From assembly GCA_965223665.1 (NCBI GenBank), contig OZ245011.1:512001-576000 (forward strand): a DNA stretch of 64,000 bases, read 5' to 3'. Source of the DNA: Nitrospinaceae bacterium. GTDB taxonomy: Bacteria; Nitrospinota; Nitrospinia; Nitrospinales; Nitrospinaceae. A model generated the notes under the pieces. The model did not search any database. It had not been told where the DNA came from and saw only the letters and a program-made list of their open reading frames with translations. Each line of letters begins with the position of its first letter. Positions within the stretch are counted from its first letter, which is position 1. A program made the translations under genes and the position numbers. Positions 20,312 through 29,075 of this stretch are shown in pieces.

Positions 20312-21553
20312 TTGGAAAAAATTAGTTTTTCAAAAATAAGAAAATCACTTGGTAAAAATCCTCAAGTTACTTTAGGAGAATATCTGGTAATAGGTATTGG
20401 ATTTGCCCTACCAATTAGCACGTCTTTAACAGGTATTTTTTCAGGTTTGGCCCTGATTTGTTGGATACTTTCCGACCACCCTCTCAATTTAATAAAAAAT
20501 AGTTTGTCCAATCCTCTCACTCGGGCGGGTTTCATTTTATTATTTATATTATTAATTGGAATCTCTTATACTTCTGTCCCGGCTTCTACCGCATTTTCTG
20601 TTTTTAAAAAATATCGAGAATTATTATTTATGGCAGTTTTTATGAGTTTTCTTACTACGGAAAGAAATCGAAAGTTTGCTTTCTTAGGTTTTATGTTTGC
20701 CATGTGCCTTAATCTAATTATTTCATACTTTGGGGCTTTCACTCAGCCTAATTCTCCGGAAGGTACACCGGTGACGGCTTTTAAAAATGAGATTACTTAC
20801 AGTATTTTAACTGCATATTTTGGGTTTTGGATTTTGGAGGAAGTTTTTTATGAAAGCAAATATAGAAAATTAATGCTGGTTCTATTTATTTTAACAGTAT
20901 TTAATATTCTCTTTATAGGTACAGGTCGTACGGGCTATATCTTATTTATTATTTTATTAGCTTTATTTGTTTTCCATAAATTTAATTGGAAAGTTTCTAT
21001 TGGAGGATCATTAGCTATTATTTTAATCTTTATCAGTGTGATTAGTTTTTCAGATAGCTATAGGACTAAATTTATGAATTTCGTGAATAAATTTGTAAAT
21101 TCCGATTATTCCATAGGACTCCGAAAACAGTATTATAAATATAGTTGGGACTTGATCAAGCAGCGTCCAGTTCTTGGTTTTGGAACTGGTAGTTTTGAAA
21201 ATGAATATAAAAAAATAACCGATAAGGCAGGAAATCCTGTTAAAACATCAAACCCACATAATGAGTATTTGATGATTGGAGTGCAAACCGGCGTTATTGG
21301 AATAATCGGTTTTCTCTACTTTCTTTTCTGTCACTGGAAGTGGTCTTTAAGTTTGTCTTCCCGTGAAAAACTGCTTGCACAGGGATTAATTCTTTTATTT
21401 GCTATTGGCTGTATTCCTAATTCCCTTCTTTTAGATCATACGGAAGGTATGCTTTTGGTATATTTTTCTTCCGCATTATTTGGTCCTTATTTTCATTCAA
21501 AGCAAGTTCGAGGGGATGAAAGTATTTTGAATCCAGGAAATTCTAATGCCTAA
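20312..21553 (+). CDS. O-antigen ligase (WaaL/Wzy_C) family protein
   Basis: Polytopic protein with GRTG, PVLGFGTGSF and NPHNEYL motifs. Confidence 0.88.
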   Translation: MEKISFSKIRKSLGKNPQVTLGEYLVIGIGFALPISTSLTGIFSGLALICWILSDHPLNLIKNSLSNPLTRAGFILLFILLIGISYTSVPASTAFSVFKKYRELLFMAVFMSFLTTERNRKFAFLGFMFAMCLNLIISYFGAFTQPNSPEGTPVTAFKNEITYSILTAYFGFWILEEVFYESKYRKLMLVLFILTVFNILFIGTGRTGYILFIILLALFVFHKFNWKVSIGGSLAIILIFISVISFSDSYRTKFMNFVNKFVNSDYSIGLRKQYYKYSWDLIKQRPVLGFGTGSFENEYKKITDKAGNPVKTSNPHNEYLMIGVQTGVIGIIGFLYFLFCHWKWSLSLSSREKLLAQGLILLFAIGCIPNSLLLDHTEGMLLVYFSSALFGPYFHSKQVRGDESILNPGNSNA

Positions 21554-22361
21554 AATAAGTTTAATAGTATCCACGTATAACCGTCCAGATGCGTTAAATT
21601 TAGTTTTAAAAAGCTTGGAATCACAGATCTATAAGGATTTCGAAGTGCTAATCGCAGATGATGGTTCCGGGGATGAAACGCGCCAACTCATTCAAACCTT
21701 TCAAAGTCAAACCAAATTAGATGTAAAACATATATGGCAAGAGGATGAAGGATTTCGGGCAGCCTCAATTCGGAATAAATCGGTTGCATCCAGTTGCGGA
21801 GACTATATTGTTTTTCTCGACGGAGATTGTGTGGTTTTCCCCGATTTCCTTAAAATTCATTCGTCATTAAAAGAAAAAAAACGATATATTTTTGGAAATC
21901 GAATTCTATTGAGCCAGGAATTAACTGAAAAAGTGTTAAAAGACCAAATCAAAATTTATGAATGGAATTTGAAAAAATGGTTGCGAGAGAGAATTAATAA
22001 AAATGTTAACCGATTTGTTCCTATGCTTAAAATTCCCATGGGTTTTTTAAGGAAAATTTCTCCGCGTCAATGGAAAGGGGCAAAAACCTGCAATCTTGGA
22101 GTTTGGAAAAAAGATTTCTTAGAGATAAATGGATTTGATGAAGCGTTTATAGGATGGGGATATGAAGACTCCGATTTAGTTGCTCGCCTTATAAATAAGG
22201 GAGTTTTTAGATTAGATGGTCGTTTTGCTATTCCAGTATTACATCTTTGGCATCCCTTAAACGATAGAGAGAATGCAGATAGAAATATGAGTCAACTTAA
22301 AAAGGTATTGAACTCAGATATCATTAGGGCTGTCCGCGGAGTCGATCAATATTTAAATTAA
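21546..22361 (+). CDS. Glycosyltransferase family 2
   Basis: STYNRP, ADDGS, FLDGDC and GFDEAFIGWGYEDSD. Confidence 0.92.
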   Translation: MPKISLIVSTYNRPDALNLVLKSLESQIYKDFEVLIADDGSGDETRQLIQTFQSQTKLDVKHIWQEDEGFRAASIRNKSVASSCGDYIVFLDGDCVVFPDFLKIHSSLKEKKRYIFGNRILLSQELTEKVLKDQIKIYEWNLKKWLRERINKNVNRFVPMLKIPMGFLRKISPRQWKGAKTCNLGVWKKDFLEINGFDEAFIGWGYEDSDLVARLINKGVFRLDGRFAIPVLHLWHPLNDRENADRNMSQLKKVLNSDIIRAVRGVDQYLN

Positions 22362-22411
22362 TTGATTCAAATTAGTATAGACTTCAATATTACATTTGTT
22401 GAGAGTTTCCA

Positions 22412-22678
22412 ATGACGGATGATGAGGTTTTGGAAAAATATGGAGAGGAACCTCTTCATTTTTCACACTATTATAATTTTGTTTTCGTTTATAAAAGTGA
22501 AAAGTTAGAAAACGGTGACCAAATCTTTTTGCATTTAGGAGGTACCATGGAAAAAGTTTCAGCCATGGTTGTCGATGTAGAGGAGCCTTTGACACTTAAT
22601 GAAAATGGTGAGGACGAATACGCATTTATAAAAAATTCTGACAACCAGGTGATTTGGAAGCAAGAAAAGGAAAACTGA
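22412..22678 (+). CDS. Small acidic hypothetical protein
   Basis: 88-aa ORF in operon orientation with protein-like composition. Confidence 0.65.
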   Translation: MTDDEVLEKYGEEPLHFSHYYNFVFVYKSEKLENGDQIFLHLGGTMEKVSAMVVDVEEPLTLNENGEDEYAFIKNSDNQVIWKQEKEN

Positions 22679-22731
22679 TTTTAGTAGAAAATTAATTTTG
22701 GATTAATTTATAGACTCAACATTTGAAAATA

Positions 22732-22760
22732 TTGCCTTAACTAGTTTCTTTTGGTATAAA
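22732..22760 (+). promoter_or_regulatory. Candidate sigma70 promoter
   Basis: TTGCCT-N17-TATAAA with an extended TG, upstream of the hydrolase gene. Confidence 0.5.
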
Positions 22761-22883
22761 AATTTAAGGTTTTTTGGCTAATGCGATACCGGGCCATAAA
22801 TTTTTAATGGCCAATTGATAAGCTTATAGAATTTTCTGTTGCCCATTGAAGCCGCTAATGTACTTTTTGGGAAAGGCTATTCC

Positions 22884-23675
22884 ATGAAAATAAATCTTTC
22901 TATATTAATAATTTTATTTATTGCTTTTAATGCACATGCTGGAATAAAAACTGAGGAAATTAAATACTCAGTTGAGGGAACACAGTTGACAGGGTTTATA
23001 GCTTACGATGATTCTATTAAAGATAAGCGTCCGGGAATTTTAGTGGTTCATGAATGGTGGGGGCACAATAAGCATGCAAGAGAAAGGGCAGGGATGTTAG
23101 CGAAATTGGGATATACTGCTTTAGCACTTGATATGTATGGGGATGGTAAACTAGCCGACCATCCTAAAAAGGCCGGTGAATTTATGAACGCCGCTTTCCA
23201 AAATTGGGAATCTTCGAAAGCCAAGTTTAATAAAGCTAAAAGTATCTTGAAAGCTCATGATACTGTAAACCCTGAGAAAATTGGTGCTATTGGTTTTTGT
23301 TTTGGAGGGGCAGTTTCTATTCGTATGGCTCGGGGAGGAGCAGATCTTGATGGGGTTGTGGCTTTCCACAGCGCTCTTCCTAATCAACCTCCATTAAAAA
23401 AAGATTCAGTTAGTGCTTCTATTTTAGTTATCAATGGATCGGAGGATTCTTTTTTGAGTTCTGAAACCGTTGCTGCTTTTATGAAAGAAATGATGGAAGC
23501 TAATGTTGATTTGACATATATCAATCTAAAAGGAATTCGACATAGTTATACAAATCGTATGGCAGACGAGTTTAACAAAAAGTTTAATATTGAGAATTTA
23601 AAATATGACGAACAAGCTGATAAGCGTTCATGGGTAGAAATGGATAGCTTTTTTAAAAGAGTATTTGCAAAATAA
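22884..23675 (+). CDS. Dienelactone hydrolase family protein, secreted
   Basis: Signal peptide from ATG 22884; HEWWG, GFCFGG nucleophile elbow and HSYTN. Confidence 0.9.
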   Translation: MKINLSILIILFIAFNAHAGIKTEEIKYSVEGTQLTGFIAYDDSIKDKRPGILVVHEWWGHNKHARERAGMLAKLGYTALALDMYGDGKLADHPKKAGEFMNAAFQNWESSKAKFNKAKSILKAHDTVNPEKIGAIGFCFGGAVSIRMARGGADLDGVVAFHSALPNQPPLKKDSVSASILVINGSEDSFLSSETVAAFMKEMMEANVDLTYINLKGIRHSYTNRMADEFNKKFNIENLKYDEQADKRSWVEMDSFFKRVFAK

Positions 23676-23694
23676 ATTTTAGGTGGATTCAAAA

Positions 23695-24042
23695 ATGCCA
23701 GTAACCATTTATCATAATCCAAAATGTTCAAAATCCCGCCAAACTTTAGAGTTAATAAGGGAAAAAGGAATTGAACCCACTGTTATTGAATATTTAAAAA
23801 GTCCGCCTACCCAGAAAGAACTCAAGGACATCCTTAAACTGTTAGGGATGGAGGCAAAGGAATTATTGAGGAAAAAAGAATCCGTTTATAAAGAATTGAA
23901 ACTGGATCAATCTTCTTTATCTAAAAATGATTTGATATCAGTGATGATTGAAAACCCCATTTTAATTGAACGCCCAATAGTGCTTGCGGATGGAAAGGCG
24001 GTTCTGGGACGTCCACCTGAAAATGTCATAAGTCTCCTATAA
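23695..24042 (+). CDS. arsC: Arsenate reductase (glutaredoxin-dependent) ArsC family
   Basis: IYHNPKCSKSR, LIERPIV and LGRPPE. Confidence 0.88.
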   Translation: MPVTIYHNPKCSKSRQTLELIREKGIEPTVIEYLKSPPTQKELKDILKLLGMEAKELLRKKESVYKELKLDQSSLSKNDLISVMIENPILIERPIVLADGKAVLGRPPENVISLL

Positions 24043-24096
24043 ATTCTCCAAAATTATTTTTAGACTAGAGAATTGAATTTTCTTGCGTGTTTTAAT

Positions 24097-24537
24097 TTAG
24101 CGCAATCTAGGGTTTGCAAAAAAGGACACTAAATCACGAACAGAAAGCATTCCTACAATTTTCCCCCCATCAGTAATAGGGAGATGTCTGATTTTTTTTT
24201 GTGCCATGAAAGAATTAGCCTCCGTGACTGCTTTATGGCAATCTAAGGTATGGATTGGTGCTGCCGTCATTATTTCAGAGACTTTTATTGTAGCCGAATT
24301 TAAGCCTTTTCTTATCACCTTACGAGTTAAGTCTTTTTCCGTAATAATTCCAACAAATTTGTCTTTTTCTTTTACGAGCACACAACCTATATTTTTATCG
24401 TCCATTAATTGAGCCGTTTCCAAAGCAGTAGCGTTGGTTTGAATGCTAATTATGGGGGTGCTCATATAATCTGAAATTTCTTGTCTTGGTTTTACCTGGC
24501 CTTCTGCATAATGATGTGTCTTATGTTTTGTTTCCAT
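24097..24537 (-). CDS. CBS-domain pair protein
   Basis: VGIITEKDL and IRHLPI...VGMLSVRDL; ATG 24537 is preceded by GGAGGTGG. Confidence 0.9.
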   Translation of the reverse strand: METKHKTHHYAEGQVKPRQEISDYMSTPIISIQTNATALETAQLMDDKNIGCVLVKEKDKFVGIITEKDLTRKVIRKGLNSATIKVSEIMTAAPIHTLDCHKAVTEANSFMAQKKIRHLPITDGGKIVGMLSVRDLVSFFANPRLR

Positions 24538-24758
24538 AGTCCACCTCCAATTAGGAAAGCTTTTAGATTTTTTTAGTAGAGCATTAAAAATATGATGTTT
24601 GTGATTTGGCAAGGATTCATATTTTAAGTTTATTTTGATGGGTCTTAATTAATCAGACTGTAGTCCTTTGATTTAATTTTACTAAAAAATCTATTTAATT
24701 AGGGTGTTTCTCTTTGTGTATGGTACTTTTTTAAGAAAATACTTTGAAGAGATAAAAA

Positions 24759-27700
24759 TCAATTTGGTTCTGGAGAGTTTTGGACAAATTTGATATTGAA
24801 AAATAATGCGTATAACACCGGGGCTACTACTAAGGTAAGAAATGTAGAAACGATTAGCCCGCCAATGATGGCAATGGCAAGAGGTCCCCACAAGAGGCCA
24901 CTCACGGCCAAAGAAAACAAGCCTGCCACGGTAGTGATTGTAGTTAAAAATATTGGATATGCTCTTCTTTGTCCAGCATGGATAATTGCTTCAATCGGAG
25001 GTTTTCCTGCTTCTAAATCTGCGTCAACCTGTTCAATTAATAGAATGGCATTATTTACAACAATTCCAGCCAAACTTAAAATTCCTAATTGTGCGAAAAA
25101 GCTAATGGGATATTCCATTAAATATAAACCCAAAATTACTCCAATAAATGATAATGGAATGGTTGTTAAAATAATAAGCATTTTCCTGACATTACCGAAT
25201 TGAATTACCAAAATCATAATTAAAAAAGCTAGTCCCACAGGCAATTTCGCTACAATACTTTTTTGAGCTTTACTGCTTTCTTCTAATTCACCTCCAAACT
25301 CTATCCCATAACCGTAAGGAAAATTTATGGTTGATAAGGAATTTTGCGCATCTTGTATTAAATCCATTGGTGACCGTGTTCCATCTGAATAAGCTAAAAT
25401 TGTAATAGTGCGTCTTTGGTTATATCGTTTAATTTTTCCGGTTTCCCATTTCAATATTCTGTCTGTTACTTGTGAAATAGGAACCATATATCCTTCAGAA
25501 GTGGGTATCTTCATATTTTCAAGTTTGCGAAGTGTGGTTCGCTCTGGTTTAATTGCTCTAATCATTACGGGGATATCGTCGTTTCCTTCTCGGTAATTTG
25601 TGATTTCGGTACCAGAAAAAACGGTTTGCAATACACTGGTTATTGATTCAGTGCTGATTCCTACTCTTCGTGCATTTTCCTGATTTACCTGAAGAGTCAC
25701 CATGGGAACTCGTCTTCCCCAATCATTTCGTGTTCCAGTGGTTCCGGGAATTTTTTCAATTTTATCCTGTATTATCTGAGTGAAATTGTATAATTCTTCA
25801 AAATCTTTTCCATGAACTCTAACCTGAAGAGGTGCACCTACAGGCGGACCTTCCTCGATTGGTTTTAAAATTAATATGGCGTCTTCATAATTCGAATTAA
25901 AATGTAAGGGGAGTTCTTTTAACATTTTTTCTCGATGCTCATATGTATTTGTGTTAATTACAAACTGAGCATAATTGCTGGTTTTTTGCTCTTTAATTAC
26001 CGAGGTGTGAAACATCGGTCCACCTTCTCCTAAGTACAAAGCAAAAGTATCCATTTCTTCTGGATAGGTATTCAGTAAATATTGTTCCAGCTTAATGGCT
26101 TGTTTTCGGGTTTCTAAAAAGTCAGTACCTTCAGGAAGATGCATATCAATTGTGAACTGTCCACGTCCAGAAGGGGGGAAAAATGTCTTTTTTAAAAATC
26201 CTCCTAATGGAGTAACAAAAAAGAATAAAGCTATCATACATAATATTGTTAATAGCCGAAAATTTAGGCATATTTTCATTAGTTTTCGATAAAATTTTGT
26301 AATTAGGGATGATGAATTTTCTTTTTCTGATTTGGGTTTGATTAGCCAAATTCCCAGAATGGGAATTAAAGTCATTGCTACAAAGTATGACGCTAGCAAA
26401 ACGGTTCCTATTACATAGGGAAGAGAATTACAATACACCCCTACTCCGGAGCGGGCTAAAGCAATAGGGGAAAATGCGGCTACGGTTGTCCCTGTTGCGG
26501 CGAGCAAAGGAAAGAATAATTCCTTGCCGGATTGAATAGCGGCTTCTTCTTTAGAATACCCTTTGTTGATGTAATCGGTAATGGACTCAGTCATCACAAT
26601 GCCATTATCCACCAACATACCCAATGAAATGATTAAAGCTGCTAAAGAAATCTGGTGTAGAGGAATTTCCATAGAGTTCATTATTATTAATGTAATTAAA
26701 TAAGATGCCGGGATTAAAAGAGAAACTATAATTCCTTGTCGCCAACCTAATAATAAAGTAATGATCACCGCAACCATTCCAATAGCTTGAACCAGGTTGC
26801 CCACAAATTCCTCAATTTTTACTATGGTCCACTTGGGTTGAAAATTTATAAAGTTGATATTGATTCCGTGAAAAAGATCCTCAGTAAATCTTGCAGTTGC
26901 CTGTTTTATATTGTTTCCCATTTCAATAATTTGTCCGCCATCCTGCATTTCAATAACTAATCCAATAGCTGGTTTTCCTTTGTAACGCATTTGCATTTCA
27001 GGAGGGTCAATATACTCTCTTTTGATAAGGACTAAGTCCTTTAGAAAAAAACTGCTTGGACTTCCGGGGACACTTATTAGTGTATTACCAATTTCTTGAA
27101 TTGACTTGAATTCACCACTGGTTTCCAGACGAATCCGTTGTGGGCCTAATTTGACTCGTCCTCCAGGTTGAAGAATATTTTGTTGTCTAATAATATCCAC
27201 AACGCTTTGTGCAGACATCCCTAATTCGGACATTTTGTTTGTGGAGACCTCCAAGAAAACCCTCTGTTCCTGCTCTCCAATAATATCCACGCGAGCGACA
27301 TACTCCACTTGTTCAAATTCTTTTTTTAGATCATCTGCAACATCACTCAGTTCCTTATTGGAGAAACCTGGTCCCGTGATAGCCAATACAATGGATTTGG
27401 TTTTTCCAAAATCATTATTCAACCAGGGGTCTTTAACACCTTCAGGTAAAGTTCCCTTTAGGTCATCTAATTTATTCCTGACTTTATCCCATATAGGTTT
27501 AACATCCCACCATTTATTATCTATTTTTAAAAAGATGTAAGAAATTCCAAATTTTGAAGTAGATGTTACTTTTTCGAATTCTGGAATCTCCTGCATTTTT
27601 TTTTCAATTCGTTCTGTAACCAATTCTTCAACTTTTAAAGGAGAAGCTCCAGGAAAGCGCGTAATGATTACTGAGCTCCATTGAGGAAATTCAGGATTCT

Positions 27701-27800
27701 CTTGCTTACCAATTGTTTTAATTGATTGATAACCTAGGAGAGTGACAAGGAAAAAGAAGAAGAGGATTACCCCTTTATGCGTTATAGAATATTTAACCAT
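24759..27800 (-). CDS. RND efflux transporter permease (AcrB/AcrD/AcrF family)
   Basis: FPGASPLKVEELVT, LGMLVDNGIV, GIVVNNAILL and RAYPIFLTT; 1013 aa. Confidence 0.95.
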   Translation of the reverse strand: MVKYSITHKGVILFFFFLVTLLGYQSIKTIGKQENPEFPQWSSVIITRFPGASPLKVEELVTERIEKKMQEIPEFEKVTSTSKFGISYIFLKIDNKWWDVKPIWDKVRNKLDDLKGTLPEGVKDPWLNNDFGKTKSIVLAITGPGFSNKELSDVADDLKKEFEQVEYVARVDIIGEQEQRVFLEVSTNKMSELGMSAQSVVDIIRQQNILQPGGRVKLGPQRIRLETSGEFKSIQEIGNTLISVPGSPSSFFLKDLVLIKREYIDPPEMQMRYKGKPAIGLVIEMQDGGQIIEMGNNIKQATARFTEDLFHGININFINFQPKWTIVKIEEFVGNLVQAIGMVAVIITLLLGWRQGIIVSLLIPASYLITLIIMNSMEIPLHQISLAALIISLGMLVDNGIVMTESITDYINKGYSKEEAAIQSGKELFFPLLAATGTTVAAFSPIALARSGVGVYCNSLPYVIGTVLLASYFVAMTLIPILGIWLIKPKSEKENSSSLITKFYRKLMKICLNFRLLTILCMIALFFFVTPLGGFLKKTFFPPSGRGQFTIDMHLPEGTDFLETRKQAIKLEQYLLNTYPEEMDTFALYLGEGGPMFHTSVIKEQKTSNYAQFVINTNTYEHREKMLKELPLHFNSNYEDAILILKPIEEGPPVGAPLQVRVHGKDFEELYNFTQIIQDKIEKIPGTTGTRNDWGRRVPMVTLQVNQENARRVGISTESITSVLQTVFSGTEITNYREGNDDIPVMIRAIKPERTTLRKLENMKIPTSEGYMVPISQVTDRILKWETGKIKRYNQRRTITILAYSDGTRSPMDLIQDAQNSLSTINFPYGYGIEFGGELEESSKAQKSIVAKLPVGLAFLIMILVIQFGNVRKMLIILTTIPLSFIGVILGLYLMEYPISFFAQLGILSLAGIVVNNAILLIEQVDADLEAGKPPIEAIIHAGQRRAYPIFLTTITTVAGLFSLAVSGLLWGPLAIAIIGGLIVSTFLTLVVAPVLYALFFNIKFVQNSPEPN

Positions 27801-27811
27801 AAAGAATCATT

Positions 27812-29074
27812 CTAATTGGAAAGTACTTTCATGCCTTCTCGCATACGATCGGTTCCTGCAACAACAATTTGATCGCCGTTCACCAAACCATCAATAATTT
27901 CGATTTCGTCTGATGAAATCTCACCAATTCGTATTTGCCGTTCGGATACTGTGTTGTTGGTTGGATCTAACACCCAAACCATTTTATTCTCGGTTCCTGG
28001 CTTTTCAATAATTGCATGAATAGGGAGAGTGGGGTATTCTTCGCCTAATCCTTTTAAGACTAAATAAATTGTGGCGGACATTCCCGGTAAAATTTTATTT
28101 TTTAGATTTTTTAATTTAACAAAAACCGGGTAAGTCAAAGTCGCTGAATCGGCTACAACTCCAATTTTATCCACCCACCCTTCAAAGGTTTCATTTGGAA
28201 AGTTTAAGAATTTAATTTTAGCGGTTTGTCCTTTTTTAATTTTGGAAATCCATCTTTCAGGAATGCTAATTTGAAACTCTATAAAATTTATATCAACGAG
28301 TGTGTAAATTTTTTGACCCGCGGATACCCGTTCAAAATTAGAAACATGCTTAATTGACAATTCACCATCAAAAGGAGCCTTCAAATTGGTGTCTTTTAGA
28401 TTAGCGTTGGCTTGGTCTAGATTTGATTTGATCGATTCAATTTTAAATTTTTGAGCTCGAATTTCTTCCTCACGGCCTCCATGAGTTGCAATTACATATT
28501 CTTCATTTGCAGATTTTAAATCTAAACGAACTTTATCAAAATTATTTTTTGCCTGATCTAATCTGCTTTTGGAAGCGGCATCATTAGCGTATAATTGTTG
28601 TACACGCCGATATTCCAGTTCTGCAGTTTTTAAGGTAGACTCAAGACTTTTGATTTTATTGTCAGCAATTCGTACTTCCTCAGTTCTGGCCCCTTTTATT
28701 AGTTGATCGAATTGCGCTTGTGCGGAAGTAAGTTGACCCTCTAAGTCTTTGACACGAAGCAAATAATCCCTTTTGTCCAAAATGGCAATGATATTCCCTT
28801 TTTTTACTTTATCCCCAACCTCAGACTTCATTTGTTGAATAACTCCGGAAACACGAAAGCTTAAAATTGAAGATTCGTCACTTTCAGCAACACCACTAAA
28901 TTCTTTGTTTTCTGAATTAGAAGAATTTATTTGAATTGTCCGGGTTTTAACTGGCCGCAATATCTCTTTTTCTGGCAGCGGAGCTTCTTCTTTATTACAA
29001 CCCACCACAATTAGCAAAAGCAAAGTGAAAATAAAGTATGAAAAAACTTTTAAAACCTTTTCTTTCATCATCAT
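27812..29074 (-). CDS. RND periplasmic adaptor (membrane fusion protein)
   Basis: VVGC lipobox, LSFRVSG, long coiled coil and LKAPFDG. Confidence 0.93.
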   Translation of the reverse strand: MMMKEKVLKVFSYFIFTLLLLIVVGCNKEEAPLPEKEILRPVKTRTIQINSSNSENKEFSGVAESDESSILSFRVSGVIQQMKSEVGDKVKKGNIIAILDKRDYLLRVKDLEGQLTSAQAQFDQLIKGARTEEVRIADNKIKSLESTLKTAELEYRRVQQLYANDAASKSRLDQAKNNFDKVRLDLKSANEEYVIATHGGREEEIRAQKFKIESIKSNLDQANANLKDTNLKAPFDGELSIKHVSNFERVSAGQKIYTLVDINFIEFQISIPERWISKIKKGQTAKIKFLNFPNETFEGWVDKIGVVADSATLTYPVFVKLKNLKNKILPGMSATIYLVLKGLGEEYPTLPIHAIIEKPGTENKMVWVLDPTNNTVSERQIRIGEISSDEIEIIDGLVNGDQIVVAGTDRMREGMKVLSN

Positions 29075-29075
29075 T

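Noticed and set aside
24759-27800. RND pump with an altered proton-relay motif (VDN, VNN) as a novelty
   Set aside because: These variants are common in RND subfamilies other than AcrB itself.
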